The translations under genes and the position numbers were made by a program. The notes under the pieces were generated by a model. It made no database searches. It was not told where the DNA came from and worked only from the letters and a program-made list of their open reading frames with translations. From contig JAZKFH010000055.1 of the NCBI GenBank assembly GCA_040386535.1, positions 19,817-83,816 of the forward strand: a stretch of DNA of 64,000 nucleotides, given 5' to 3'. This DNA is from Myxococcota bacterium. Its GTDB lineage: Bacteria; Myxococcota_A; UBA796; SXON01. This document shows positions 50,604 to 58,306 of this stretch, in pieces. Numbering within the stretch: position 1 is the first letter of the stretch; the number at the start of each line of letters is the position of its first letter.

Positions 50604-52952
50604 ATGCCACGAAGCGATGCAAACGCCATCTCGCTGCGCACGGTGCGCGCGGTGCTGGACGCCGCGGCGTCGTTCGAGATGACCGTTGCCGGGCAGCACG
50701 TACATGTGGAGGTCGAGCGGCTCCCGGCGCCGACGTGGCCGCGCCCGAACATGATGGCGTTGGATGCGCAGGCAGACGGGCCTTGGCCGACGCCGGTGCG
50801 CGTGCGATGCACCTGGCCGGGCGGCGCCACGACGCTCCGCGTGATGGCCAGCTTCTGGCGGGGCGGGCCCCACGACGGACAGGTGACCTTGCGGGTGGCC
50901 ATCGACGCCACCGATCGGGAGCTTGTGTCCATCACGCTCTACCCGATGTTCCACGAGGTGCCCGACGGCGGCACCGCGCTGATCTGGGCGAGCACGGCTC
51001 TCTTCCCGCGGAAGGAGGCCGCGCCGGACGGGCAGTTGGCGGCGCTCGCCGAGCACCTTCGAGCCCGGGTCGCATCGGAGGGCCTGGTGGGTCCGACGCC
51101 CGCGCGCGTAATGCTTGGCGAGGCGTCGGTGCCCGGACCGGTCCTCCACCCGGACGCTGCAACTGTCTTCCGTCGCCTCACGACGGTCACCCTGATCAAG
51201 GTCCCATACCTGCTGCGCGGCGGCATTCCCGGCATCGATGGCGCGCCGCCGTTCGACGTACCGTTGGGAGCCCCGCTTGCGCCCCCACCTCCTCCTGACC
51301 CTTCCACCCGGAAGGGCGCGTTCTGGCCGCTCCCGGGCGGCGTGCGCGGCTACAAGACGACACTCGACGCGCTCCTCGCCGACCTCGCCGAGGAGCCTCT
51401 CACCGACGCGGAGCTCCGCGATTGGTTCCGGGAGCGATTCAATCTCGAAGGGACCACCGCCGTGAACGGCTACCGGGCGGTGCCGGTGAGGCTTGGCTTC
51501 TCCGCGCGCGTCGATGGCCGGGTGGTTCTCACCGCGGCTGGGCGGGCCTACGTGGACGGCGGCAACGATCCGACCGTGTTGTTCGACCACATCCACCGTT
51601 CGCTCACGGGCATTCTCGACATCCTCGTGCTCGCCGAGGTGGCCGGCGCGGCGACGCGCTCGGGGACGCAGGCGATGCTCAACCACCTGCTCTCGACGAG
51701 CTGGGAGAGCTCGAATCAGTCGGAATTCCGCCGCAACTGGCTGCTCTCGGTCGGTGCGACGGATCGGACTCCGGGCGGCGACGTCCTCACGCCCCTCGGC
51801 CGGGCGCTGGTCGAGCGGCACGCTACAGATGCCGCCGCCCTCCGCCCCCGCGTGATCGCGTTCCTGGCCGCCGCCGGCTCCCCGGAGCCCGGCGACGACG
51901 ACGCGGACGACCCAGTCGAGCCCCTGATCGTGCCCGAGGCCGCCCCCTCCGCCCCGACCGACGCCTGGCTCTCCGGACGCCCGGTGCTCCGCCCGTCAAT
52001 GGTGCACCCACACCTCGGGACGCTCCAGGTGCCGGACCGGCTGCTCGAACAGGCGTGCGCGGCGCTGACCGCCGGGAAGCACCTCCTGCTCGTGGGCCCA
52101 CCGGGCACAGGGAAGACCGAACTCGCCATCGCGCTCGCGAACGCAGCCGCCACCGAGGGCTACTGCGCGCCGCCGCTCCTCTCGACCGCCTCTGCGGACT
52201 GGACGAGCTTCGACACGATCGGCGGCTACATGCTCACCCAGTCCCGCGAGCTGCGCTTCCGCCCGGGCGTCTTCCTCGCGGCCCTGGAAGAGCAACGCTG
52301 GCTGCTCGTCGACGAGCTCAACCGCGCGGACGTCGACCGATCCTTCGGCGAGCTGATGACCGTGCTCTCGGGCAAACCCTCGCGCACGCCGTTCACTCTG
52401 GAGGATGGGCGCGCCGTCTCGATCGGGGCTCCCGGCGCCGGCCACAGCCACGTCGTCCCCGGGAGCTTCCGTGTGCTCGCGACGATGAACACCTGGGACA
52501 AGACCTCCCTGTTCCGGCTGTCCTTCGCGGTGCAGCGCCGCTTTGCGGTGCTCCACCTCGGCGTGCCCGACGATGCGGCCTACGCGTCGATCCTCGCCGA
52601 TGCGGCCACACGGGTGCACTATGACGACCCGGTGCTCGGCATCGCCTCGCTACACGCGCTCCAGGACCTCTTCCGGAGCGACCGCCTCCTCTCGTGCCGA
52701 CCTGTCGGCCCGGCCGTCCCGCTCGACATGATCCGCTACCTGCGCCGACGGGGCCCCGGCGCAGACGCCCTCGTCGAAGCGGTGGCGCTCTTCCTGCTCC
52801 CGCAGCTGGAAGGCTTGCCGGAGGAGCCCGCGGCCGAAGTGCTCCGCATGCTCCGCGTCGGGATCGCGGCCTCCGCTTCGGACGAGGCCCGAGCCGAGCT
52901 CGTCGAACGCTATCGAGAGCTCTTCCCGATGTTTGCACTGGACCGAGCATGA
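50604..52952 (+). CDS. McrB-like AAA+ (AAA_5) GTPase subunit with a large uncharacterised N-terminal region
   Basis: 'HLLLVGPPGTGKTELA' (Walker A), 'WLLVDELNRADVDRSFGELM' (Walker B / DELNR) and 'FRVLATMNTWDKTSLFRLSFAVQRRFAVLHL' (the McrB-type 'TMN..D....RRF' signature). The N-terminal ~480 aa are unrecognised and contain two winged-helix-like stretches. Confidence 0.85.
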   Translation: MPRSDANAISLRTVRAVLDAAASFEMTVAGQHVHVEVERLPAPTWPRPNMMALDAQADGPWPTPVRVRCTWPGGATTLRVMASFWRGGPHDGQVTLRVAIDATDRELVSITLYPMFHEVPDGGTALIWASTALFPRKEAAPDGQLAALAEHLRARVASEGLVGPTPARVMLGEASVPGPVLHPDAATVFRRLTTVTLIKVPYLLRGGIPGIDGAPPFDVPLGAPLAPPPPPDPSTRKGAFWPLPGGVRGYKTTLDALLADLAEEPLTDAELRDWFRERFNLEGTTAVNGYRAVPVRLGFSARVDGRVVLTAAGRAYVDGGNDPTVLFDHIHRSLTGILDILVLAEVAGAATRSGTQAMLNHLLSTSWESSNQSEFRRNWLLSVGATDRTPGGDVLTPLGRALVERHATDAAALRPRVIAFLAAAGSPEPGDDDADDPVEPLIVPEAAPSAPTDAWLSGRPVLRPSMVHPHLGTLQVPDRLLEQACAALTAGKHLLLVGPPGTGKTELAIALANAAATEGYCAPPLLSTASADWTSFDTIGGYMLTQSRELRFRPGVFLAALEEQRWLLVDELNRADVDRSFGELMTVLSGKPSRTPFTLEDGRAVSIGAPGAGHSHVVPGSFRVLATMNTWDKTSLFRLSFAVQRRFAVLHLGVPDDAAYASILADAATRVHYDDPVLGIASLHALQDLFRSDRLLSCRPVGPAVPLDMIRYLRRRGPGADALVEAVALFLLPQLEGLPEEPAAEVLRMLRVGIAASASDEARAELVERYRELFPMFALDRA

Positions 52953-54178
52953 CGGCGCCCTGGGAGGGCTTCCTGCGGGAGCACTTCCCGGGCTACCTGC
53001 TCCCGGAGACGCGCGTCTCTCGCATCGATCCCGACGAGGCAGCCCTCTTCCTCGCTCGCATGGCCGACCGTCCGCACGCGCTCCTGCTCGTGCGCGCCGC
53101 CGCCCTCGTCGCTGGCAATCTCGACGCGATCGAGGCCCTCGCCGTCCGCGAGCTGCCCGACCTCGTGCGGGGCCTCCCCAGCACGACGGAGGCTCGCCCG
53201 CGTCGCTGGGAGGGAGGCTTTCAGGGACGTCTCGATGCGCCCGCGACGCAGGCGTTGAACCTCATGGGCGCCGAGACCGCCTTCATCACGCGCGCGCGTC
53301 GCCGCCACTTCGCCCTCCCGGAGAACCGCGTGCTCCGGCACGTGGCAGGGAAGCTCCTCGCCACCCTGGTGTCGCTCGACGCCGCTGGCGTGTCAGGTGG
53401 CTCCGATTGGGGGGTCCGCGCCCGTGGGTGTGACCTCCCGCTCCGCACCGCGCTCCACGCCAGCGCGCTCCGCCAGGTGCCGGACGGCCACCTCGACGCC
53501 CCGGATCTCGCCGCCGCCGCGCACGCGCGTCACCCCGCCTACCGGCGCGCGGCCTCCCTCTACGGACGCATCCGCGACACGCTGGACGCTCGGGATCCCG
53601 CGCGGGTCGCCGCGCTCCTCGCGGAGGGGGCGCTGGTGCCGCTCAAGGACTGGACTCGCTTCGAGGTTGCGGTGCTCCTTCGGCTCGTCCAAGCGATGCA
53701 CGCGCGACTCGACCGGACACAGCCGGGGCGGTGGAGGCTCGAGCGCGCAGCGTTCCAGAAGGGGCGCGCGGACGTGGCGGCGCTGCTCCGCGACGACGGC
53801 GTCGCCGTCCGCTTCTTCCACAACCAGTCCCTCTTCGAGCCCGGGCAGCGGGAGCGCGGGCTCCGGCACTACTTCAGCAGCGGCGCCTCCATGCGGCCCG
53901 ACATCACCCTCCGCTACGAGCGGCCCGGGTCTGCGCCGCTCCACACCGTGGTCGAGGTCAAGCTGTCAGACAAGCCGGAGTACGTGGCTTCCGGCTACGA
54001 GGAGGCCCTCCTGTACGCCTACGAGTACGCAGATCGCCTCCGCGCGTGGCCTCGCGCCATCCTCGTCGCGAGCGGCGTGGTCACCGGGAGCGCCTCGCGC
54101 GCTCACCCGGTGGTCGCTATTGACTGGGCGCGCTGGGTCCCCGAGGTGGTGCTGGACGGGCTTGTCGAGGGGTTGTGA
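52949..54178 (+). CDS. McrC-like partner protein with a PD-(D/E)xK nuclease motif
   Basis: ATG-52949 overlaps the McrB-like stop (ATGA). The C-terminal 'MRPDITLRYER..(11 aa)..VVEVKLSD' fits a PD...ExK nuclease core. The assignment rests on this motif and on position downstream of a McrB-like gene. Confidence 0.7.
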   Translation: MTAPWEGFLREHFPGYLLPETRVSRIDPDEAALFLARMADRPHALLLVRAAALVAGNLDAIEALAVRELPDLVRGLPSTTEARPRRWEGGFQGRLDAPATQALNLMGAETAFITRARRRHFALPENRVLRHVAGKLLATLVSLDAAGVSGGSDWGVRARGCDLPLRTALHASALRQVPDGHLDAPDLAAAAHARHPAYRRAASLYGRIRDTLDARDPARVAALLAEGALVPLKDWTRFEVAVLLRLVQAMHARLDRTQPGRWRLERAAFQKGRADVAALLRDDGVAVRFFHNQSLFEPGQRERGLRHYFSSGASMRPDITLRYERPGSAPLHTVVEVKLSDKPEYVASGYEEALLYAYEYADRLRAWPRAILVASGVVTGSASRAHPVVAIDWARWVPEVVLDGLVEGL

Positions 54179-54393
54179 CGGCTCGGCGCCACGGTGATCA
54201 CGGCGCGGGTCGAGGGGGCGAGGGAGCGGGGAGCGGCGCGGGCGCGGGCGCGGAGAGGGCGGGAACGTGCGGAGTCGTGACGCACACGCGCCCAGCTGTG
54301 CCCCTGGTCAGCCGTTGGTCAGCGAACACCTCCCAACACCCCCCTCCACACCCCCGCACCTCCCCACGCTGACCAGTGAATGATCCGCAAAGT

Positions 54394-54465
54394 ACCGATG
54401 TTTACGCCATGCAAGTGTGATTCGTAATCAGCAGGTCGTCGGTTCAAGTCCGATCTTCGGCTCCA
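54394..54465 (+). pseudogene. tRNA-Thr(CGU)-derived remnant: intact 3' part (anticodon loop to CCA, about 54416-54465), non-foldable 5' part
   Basis: 54421-54465 reads TTCGTAA (anticodon loop, CGT) - TCAGC - AGGTC - GTCGG-TTCAAGT-CCGAT (T arm) - CTTCGGC-T-CCA. The expected 5' acceptor strand GCCGAAG is absent; ACCGATG at 54394-54400 pairs at only 5 of 7 positions. The D-arm region is about 4 nt short with no D stem, and only 3 of 5 anticodon-stem pairs form. Confidence 0.5.
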
Positions 54466-54478
54466 TCAGATAAAGAAG

Positions 54479-54514
54479 CGCCCGCCCTGGAGAAATCTGG
54501 GGCGGGCGTTTCTG
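54479..54514. terminator. GC-rich hairpin, likely a bidirectional intrinsic terminator
   Basis: The 9-bp stem CGCCCGCCC (54479-54487) / GGGCGGGCG (54500-54508) has a 12-nt loop and is followed by TTTCT on the + strand. On the - strand it is followed by CTTCTTTAT. It lies just after the tRNA remnant and 44 nt downstream of the stop of the minus-strand gene ending at 54558. Confidence 0.5.
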
Positions 54515-54557
54515 CGTCTTCGATGCGTGACGGAAATCCGGGTCGCCCGCGGGACGA

Positions 54558-55886
54558 TCAGCTCCGCGCCCTGATGTGTGCCCACACGAACCGCACGACC
54601 CAGACGGGCCCCGCCACGGCGAGCACGATCAGCAGTGGATCGTAGGGCACCCGGTACCGGATCTCGCCGGTGTAGGCGAGCGCGGCGAGCACCATCACCA
54701 CGAGATGGAGGATGGGCACCACGAGCGCGTCCGCGTCGACCGCCCCAGCCCGCGGCCGCCCGGGGAGGCCTCGACGCGCCCACAGGCTGACCGCCGTGCC
54801 GAGCATCCCAAGGGCCGCCAGGGGCAGGAGCCCAGACGCGACGATCCGAGGCCACGCGTCGAGGAGCTCTTTCCTCACCCCCTCCCCAGCCTGCTTCCGC
54901 TCGGGCCACATCACGTTGTCGGCGTAGAGGAAGCGCACATTGCGATTGAGCCGCCCGGCGATGTCCGACCACGAGGACGCCCTGAATACGCGGTCCCGCT
55001 CCGCGTTCAGCGGCCGCGGATCACAGCGGAGGCCCTCGAACCGGAAGTCCGGATCGAACCCGCTCGTCCTGCCTCGCGCGGGCGGGTGGAACCCGTTGTA
55101 CTCGGTCACCACCCCCGGGGGCGGCTTGGCCTCCAGCCCCGAGTACTCGCTGAAGGCGAACAGGCTCATCACCGCGCCGTTGTCCGCAATGAGGCCGACG
55201 CGGCCAGTCCGATCGTGGTACCGCGCGGCCCCGAGCGCCACCGCGCACGCCACGGGCACGAGGAAGGCGAGGAGCCCGCGCCAGGTCCCCGCGCGACGCC
55301 AAAGCGCCCACCCGACGAGGAGCGGGACGGCGAGCAGGATCGGCGGGCGGAGCAGATAGGCGAGGCCGGTCACGACGCCCGCGAGCCCCGCCCCGCGCCC
55401 CGTCTGGACGTAGCGCACCCACGCCCACGCGCTCGTCACCAGGGCGAGCGTATAGGGGAGCTCCGACGAGAAGTACCCGCCGTACGTCACGAGCGGGTAC
55501 CAGAGCGCGACGGTGAGGCCTACGATCGCGGCCGCTGCGACGCTCCCGAGGCAGCGCCGGGCGAGCAGGACCGCGATCGGGGCGACGAGCGTGCCGAGCG
55601 CAACGTGTACCCACCCCATCGCGTCGAGACCATCGGGACCGAAGACCGTCATCTCCGCCGCGTAGAGCCAGTGTGCGCCCGGGGCGAAGCAGACCTCGGC
55701 ATCGCTGCCTTCGAGCAGGTCCCGGGCGCGCCCGATGTAGCCCTTCATGTCCGAGAACACGCCGTCCGCCGGCCGCTGGAAATGGATCAGCCACGCGGCG
55801 CGCACCCCGAACGCGACCGCGGTGCTGCCGATCGCGGCGACCCACGTAGCGTCGTGCGCTTCGTCGTTTCTGGGCGGTGAGAGCAT
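54558..55886 (-). CDS. Polytopic membrane protein, probable GT-C fold glycosyltransferase (ArnT/PMT_2, GT39/83-like)
   Basis: ATG-55886 ('MLSPPRNDEAHDATWVAAIGSTAVAF'); the upstream 56 codons of the ORF are Arg-rich junk. There are roughly 10 hydrophobic helices. The first-loop 'FSDMKGYIGRARDLLEG' and the C-terminal 'GEIRYRVPYDPLLIVLA' resemble ArnT/PMT_2-family proteins. The family call is from memory. Confidence 0.65.
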   Translation of the reverse strand: MLSPPRNDEAHDATWVAAIGSTAVAFGVRAAWLIHFQRPADGVFSDMKGYIGRARDLLEGSDAEVCFAPGAHWLYAAEMTVFGPDGLDAMGWVHVALGTLVAPIAVLLARRCLGSVAAAAIVGLTVALWYPLVTYGGYFSSELPYTLALVTSAWAWVRYVQTGRGAGLAGVVTGLAYLLRPPILLAVPLLVGWALWRRAGTWRGLLAFLVPVACAVALGAARYHDRTGRVGLIADNGAVMSLFAFSEYSGLEAKPPPGVVTEYNGFHPPARGRTSGFDPDFRFEGLRCDPRPLNAERDRVFRASSWSDIAGRLNRNVRFLYADNVMWPERKQAGEGVRKELLDAWPRIVASGLLPLAALGMLGTAVSLWARRGLPGRPRAGAVDADALVVPILHLVVMVLAALAYTGEIRYRVPYDPLLIVLAVAGPVWVVRFVWAHIRARS

Positions 55887-56008
55887 CGGGGGGCCCCCAG
55901 TGTAACGTCGAGCGCGCCCCCGCCAACCGCTCCTCGGACGGCGGGTGGAGTGCGTCTCCCGACTTGCGACGGTATTCCGGAGGCGCGCGCGACTGGTTAC
56001 CCGCCCGC

Positions 56009-58306
56009 ATGCCCGCTCCCGAACACGACGACGCGTCCGCCACCCCCTTCGCACCGCTCGCCGCCGTCCTCGCCAACGTCAGCCGCCCCGGCGACTTCTG
56101 CGCGCATGGCACCGTCGTCACGCCCATTCCCCGCATCGACGTCGGGGGCGTCGGCACGATCGCGTTCCCGTTGCCGCCGTTCCAGGCCGAGCAGCTCCTC
56201 GCGGCGGCCGAGGCGGCTCCGTATGGCCGCGGCGCCGACACCCTCGTGGACCCCGACGTGCGGCGCGCCTGGCAGATCTCGCCCGGGCGCGTGCGGCTGG
56301 ACGATCGGCAGTGGGACAAGACGCTCGCGAGCATCGTGGCGAGCGCCGCGGCCGGCCTCGGGGTCGACGGCGACGTGACGGCCGAGCTGTACAAGATGCT
56401 CGTCTACGACGCAGGCGGCTTCTTCGTGCCGCACCGCGACACCGAGAAGGCGCCGAGCATGTTCGGGACGCTGGTGATCGTCCTGCCGTCCACGTACCGG
56501 GGCGGCGATCTCGTCGTGCGCCATGGTGGGCGCGAGGCCGTGCTGACGCTCCCCGGCGAGGACGTGGCGCGCGTGTCGTGGGGCGCGTTCTACGCGGACT
56601 GTGTGCACGAGCTCCGCCCCATCACCAACGGATATCGGTTGTGCCTCGTCTACAATCTTCTGCGCATCGGCACGTCGCGGCCGGTGGCACCCGACCACTC
56701 CCGCGAGGTCGAGGGCGTGGCGGCCTTCCTCGAGGAGTGGGCGCGGAGCACGGACGCCTCCGAGCAGCTCGAGGACGACGAGGAGGGGTACGACGAGCCG
56801 CCCGTGTACCCGAACAAGCTCGTCCACCTCCTCGAGCACCACTACACACCCGCCGAGCTCTCCTTCGACACGCTCAAGAACCGCGACGCCGCGCTCGCCT
56901 CCGTGCTCCTCGCCGCCGCGGAGCTCGGCGACGCCGTCGTCCACCTCGCCATGGTCTCGATCGAGGAGTCCGGATCAGCGGAGCCGCTGTACGACGAGCG
57001 GCGACACGGGCACTGGGGGCGCTACGAGGACGAGGACGAGGACCAGGACTTCGAGATCCACGAGATCTTCGAGCGTGTTGAAACGGTGAGCGGCTGGGTG
57101 CGGGCCGACGAGCAAGAGGTCACTCTCGGTGCGCTCCCCATCGACGAGGACGAGCTCTTCCCGCCCGACGCGCTCGACGACGAGGAGCCCGACGAGAAGC
57201 ACCTCCACGAGGCCACCGGCAACGGCGGCGCCAGCTTCGAGCGCACCTACCGCCGCGCGGCGCTCGTGGTCTGGCCCCGAAGCCTGGAGCTCGCGGTCGT
57301 GGCGCAGGCGCCGCTCGCGTCGCTCGTCGGGATGCTCCTGCCCCTCGTCACCTCGACCGATCCAGGAGAGCGCCTCCGCGGCCAGGCGCTCGCGACGAGG
57401 ATCATCGAGGGGCCCCCGTCCGGGAGCGGGACGGGACGGGTCGACCTGCTGAGCGTCCTCCTTCGCCTCGGCGATCCCGCGCTGGTGGCCCGCTACGTCC
57501 GTGCTCACCTCCAGCACGGCTTCGCCCCCACCGAGATCGACACGCTCCTGGCGTGCCACGGGCTGCTCGGAGGCGCCGTGTTGGCGGCGCTCGTGGCCTC
57601 CATCTTCGAGACCAACGCCCCCGCGCGGGCACCCGTGTGCCTCGATCTGCTCGACCGGCTCGTCACGATAGACCCCTCCGCGGCACGCACGGCCGCGCCG
57701 GTGCTGCTCGCCCGCCTCCCCGGCGATCCGACGGCGGAGGGAAACATCCCCGAGCACCTCCGCGCCCGGCCCGACGCTGGGTGGCTGACCCGCCTCCTGG
57801 ACGTCCTGCTTCGCCTCTCCGACCCTCCGCTCCTCGACCGCGCGGTCGCCTACACACGCGACTGCCTCGCCCCCCAGCACCTCGACGCCATCGTGCTTCC
57901 CGCGGTGCTCGACCTCTGGCGCGACGGAGCCGCAACCAACGCTGCCGCCGCGTTGGCACCGCTCCACACGTTGTGTGTCACCCACCTTCGCCGACGCGTG
58001 GCAGAGCCGTGTGAGGCCCCGACCGATTGGACGCGCGAAGCGCACGGGACATGCAGGTGCGCCGATTGTGTCACGTTCCGCGCCTTCCTCGTGAGCCCGC
58101 GGGAGCAGCGTTGGGAGCTCAAGGCCGTGCAGGGCCGGCGCACACACGTCGAGTCCCAGCTGTCCGGCGCCGACGTCGATATCCGGACCGAACGGAAGGG
58201 GAGCCCGCACACGCTGGTGTGTGTGAAGAATCGACGGTCCTACGAACGTCGGTTCGCCCAACGGGAAGCCGATCGGGCGGCGCTCGTGACGCTTGGGGTG
58301 GGGTGA
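56009..58306 (+). CDS. 2OG-Fe(II) oxygenase (prolyl-4-hydroxylase-like) with a ~500-aa helical C-terminal extension
   Basis: ATG-56009. 'GGFFVPHRDTEK' (HxD) and 'YADCVHELRPITNGYRLCLVYNL' (distal His and Arg) fit the 2OG-Fe(II) oxygenase facial triad. An acidic linker is followed by Leu-rich helical repeats and 'CRCADCVTF' near the C-terminus. Confidence 0.75.
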   Translation: MPAPEHDDASATPFAPLAAVLANVSRPGDFCAHGTVVTPIPRIDVGGVGTIAFPLPPFQAEQLLAAAEAAPYGRGADTLVDPDVRRAWQISPGRVRLDDRQWDKTLASIVASAAAGLGVDGDVTAELYKMLVYDAGGFFVPHRDTEKAPSMFGTLVIVLPSTYRGGDLVVRHGGREAVLTLPGEDVARVSWGAFYADCVHELRPITNGYRLCLVYNLLRIGTSRPVAPDHSREVEGVAAFLEEWARSTDASEQLEDDEEGYDEPPVYPNKLVHLLEHHYTPAELSFDTLKNRDAALASVLLAAAELGDAVVHLAMVSIEESGSAEPLYDERRHGHWGRYEDEDEDQDFEIHEIFERVETVSGWVRADEQEVTLGALPIDEDELFPPDALDDEEPDEKHLHEATGNGGASFERTYRRAALVVWPRSLELAVVAQAPLASLVGMLLPLVTSTDPGERLRGQALATRIIEGPPSGSGTGRVDLLSVLLRLGDPALVARYVRAHLQHGFAPTEIDTLLACHGLLGGAVLAALVASIFETNAPARAPVCLDLLDRLVTIDPSAARTAAPVLLARLPGDPTAEGNIPEHLRARPDAGWLTRLLDVLLRLSDPPLLDRAVAYTRDCLAPQHLDAIVLPAVLDLWRDGAATNAAAALAPLHTLCVTHLRRRVAEPCEAPTDWTREAHGTCRCADCVTFRAFLVSPREQRWELKAVQGRRTHVESQLSGADVDIRTERKGSPHTLVCVKNRRSYERRFAQREADRAALVTLGVG

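Noticed and set aside
54394-54465. Functional tRNA-Thr gene, or the 3' end of a tmRNA
   Set aside because: The acceptor stem pairs at only 5 of 7 positions, there is no D stem (the region is about 4 nt short), and the anticodon stem has 3 of 5 pairs. tmRNA is excluded because the 3' end is CGGCTCCA rather than the Ala-type ...CCACCA acceptor, and no tag-reading-frame context is present. It is reported as a remnant only.
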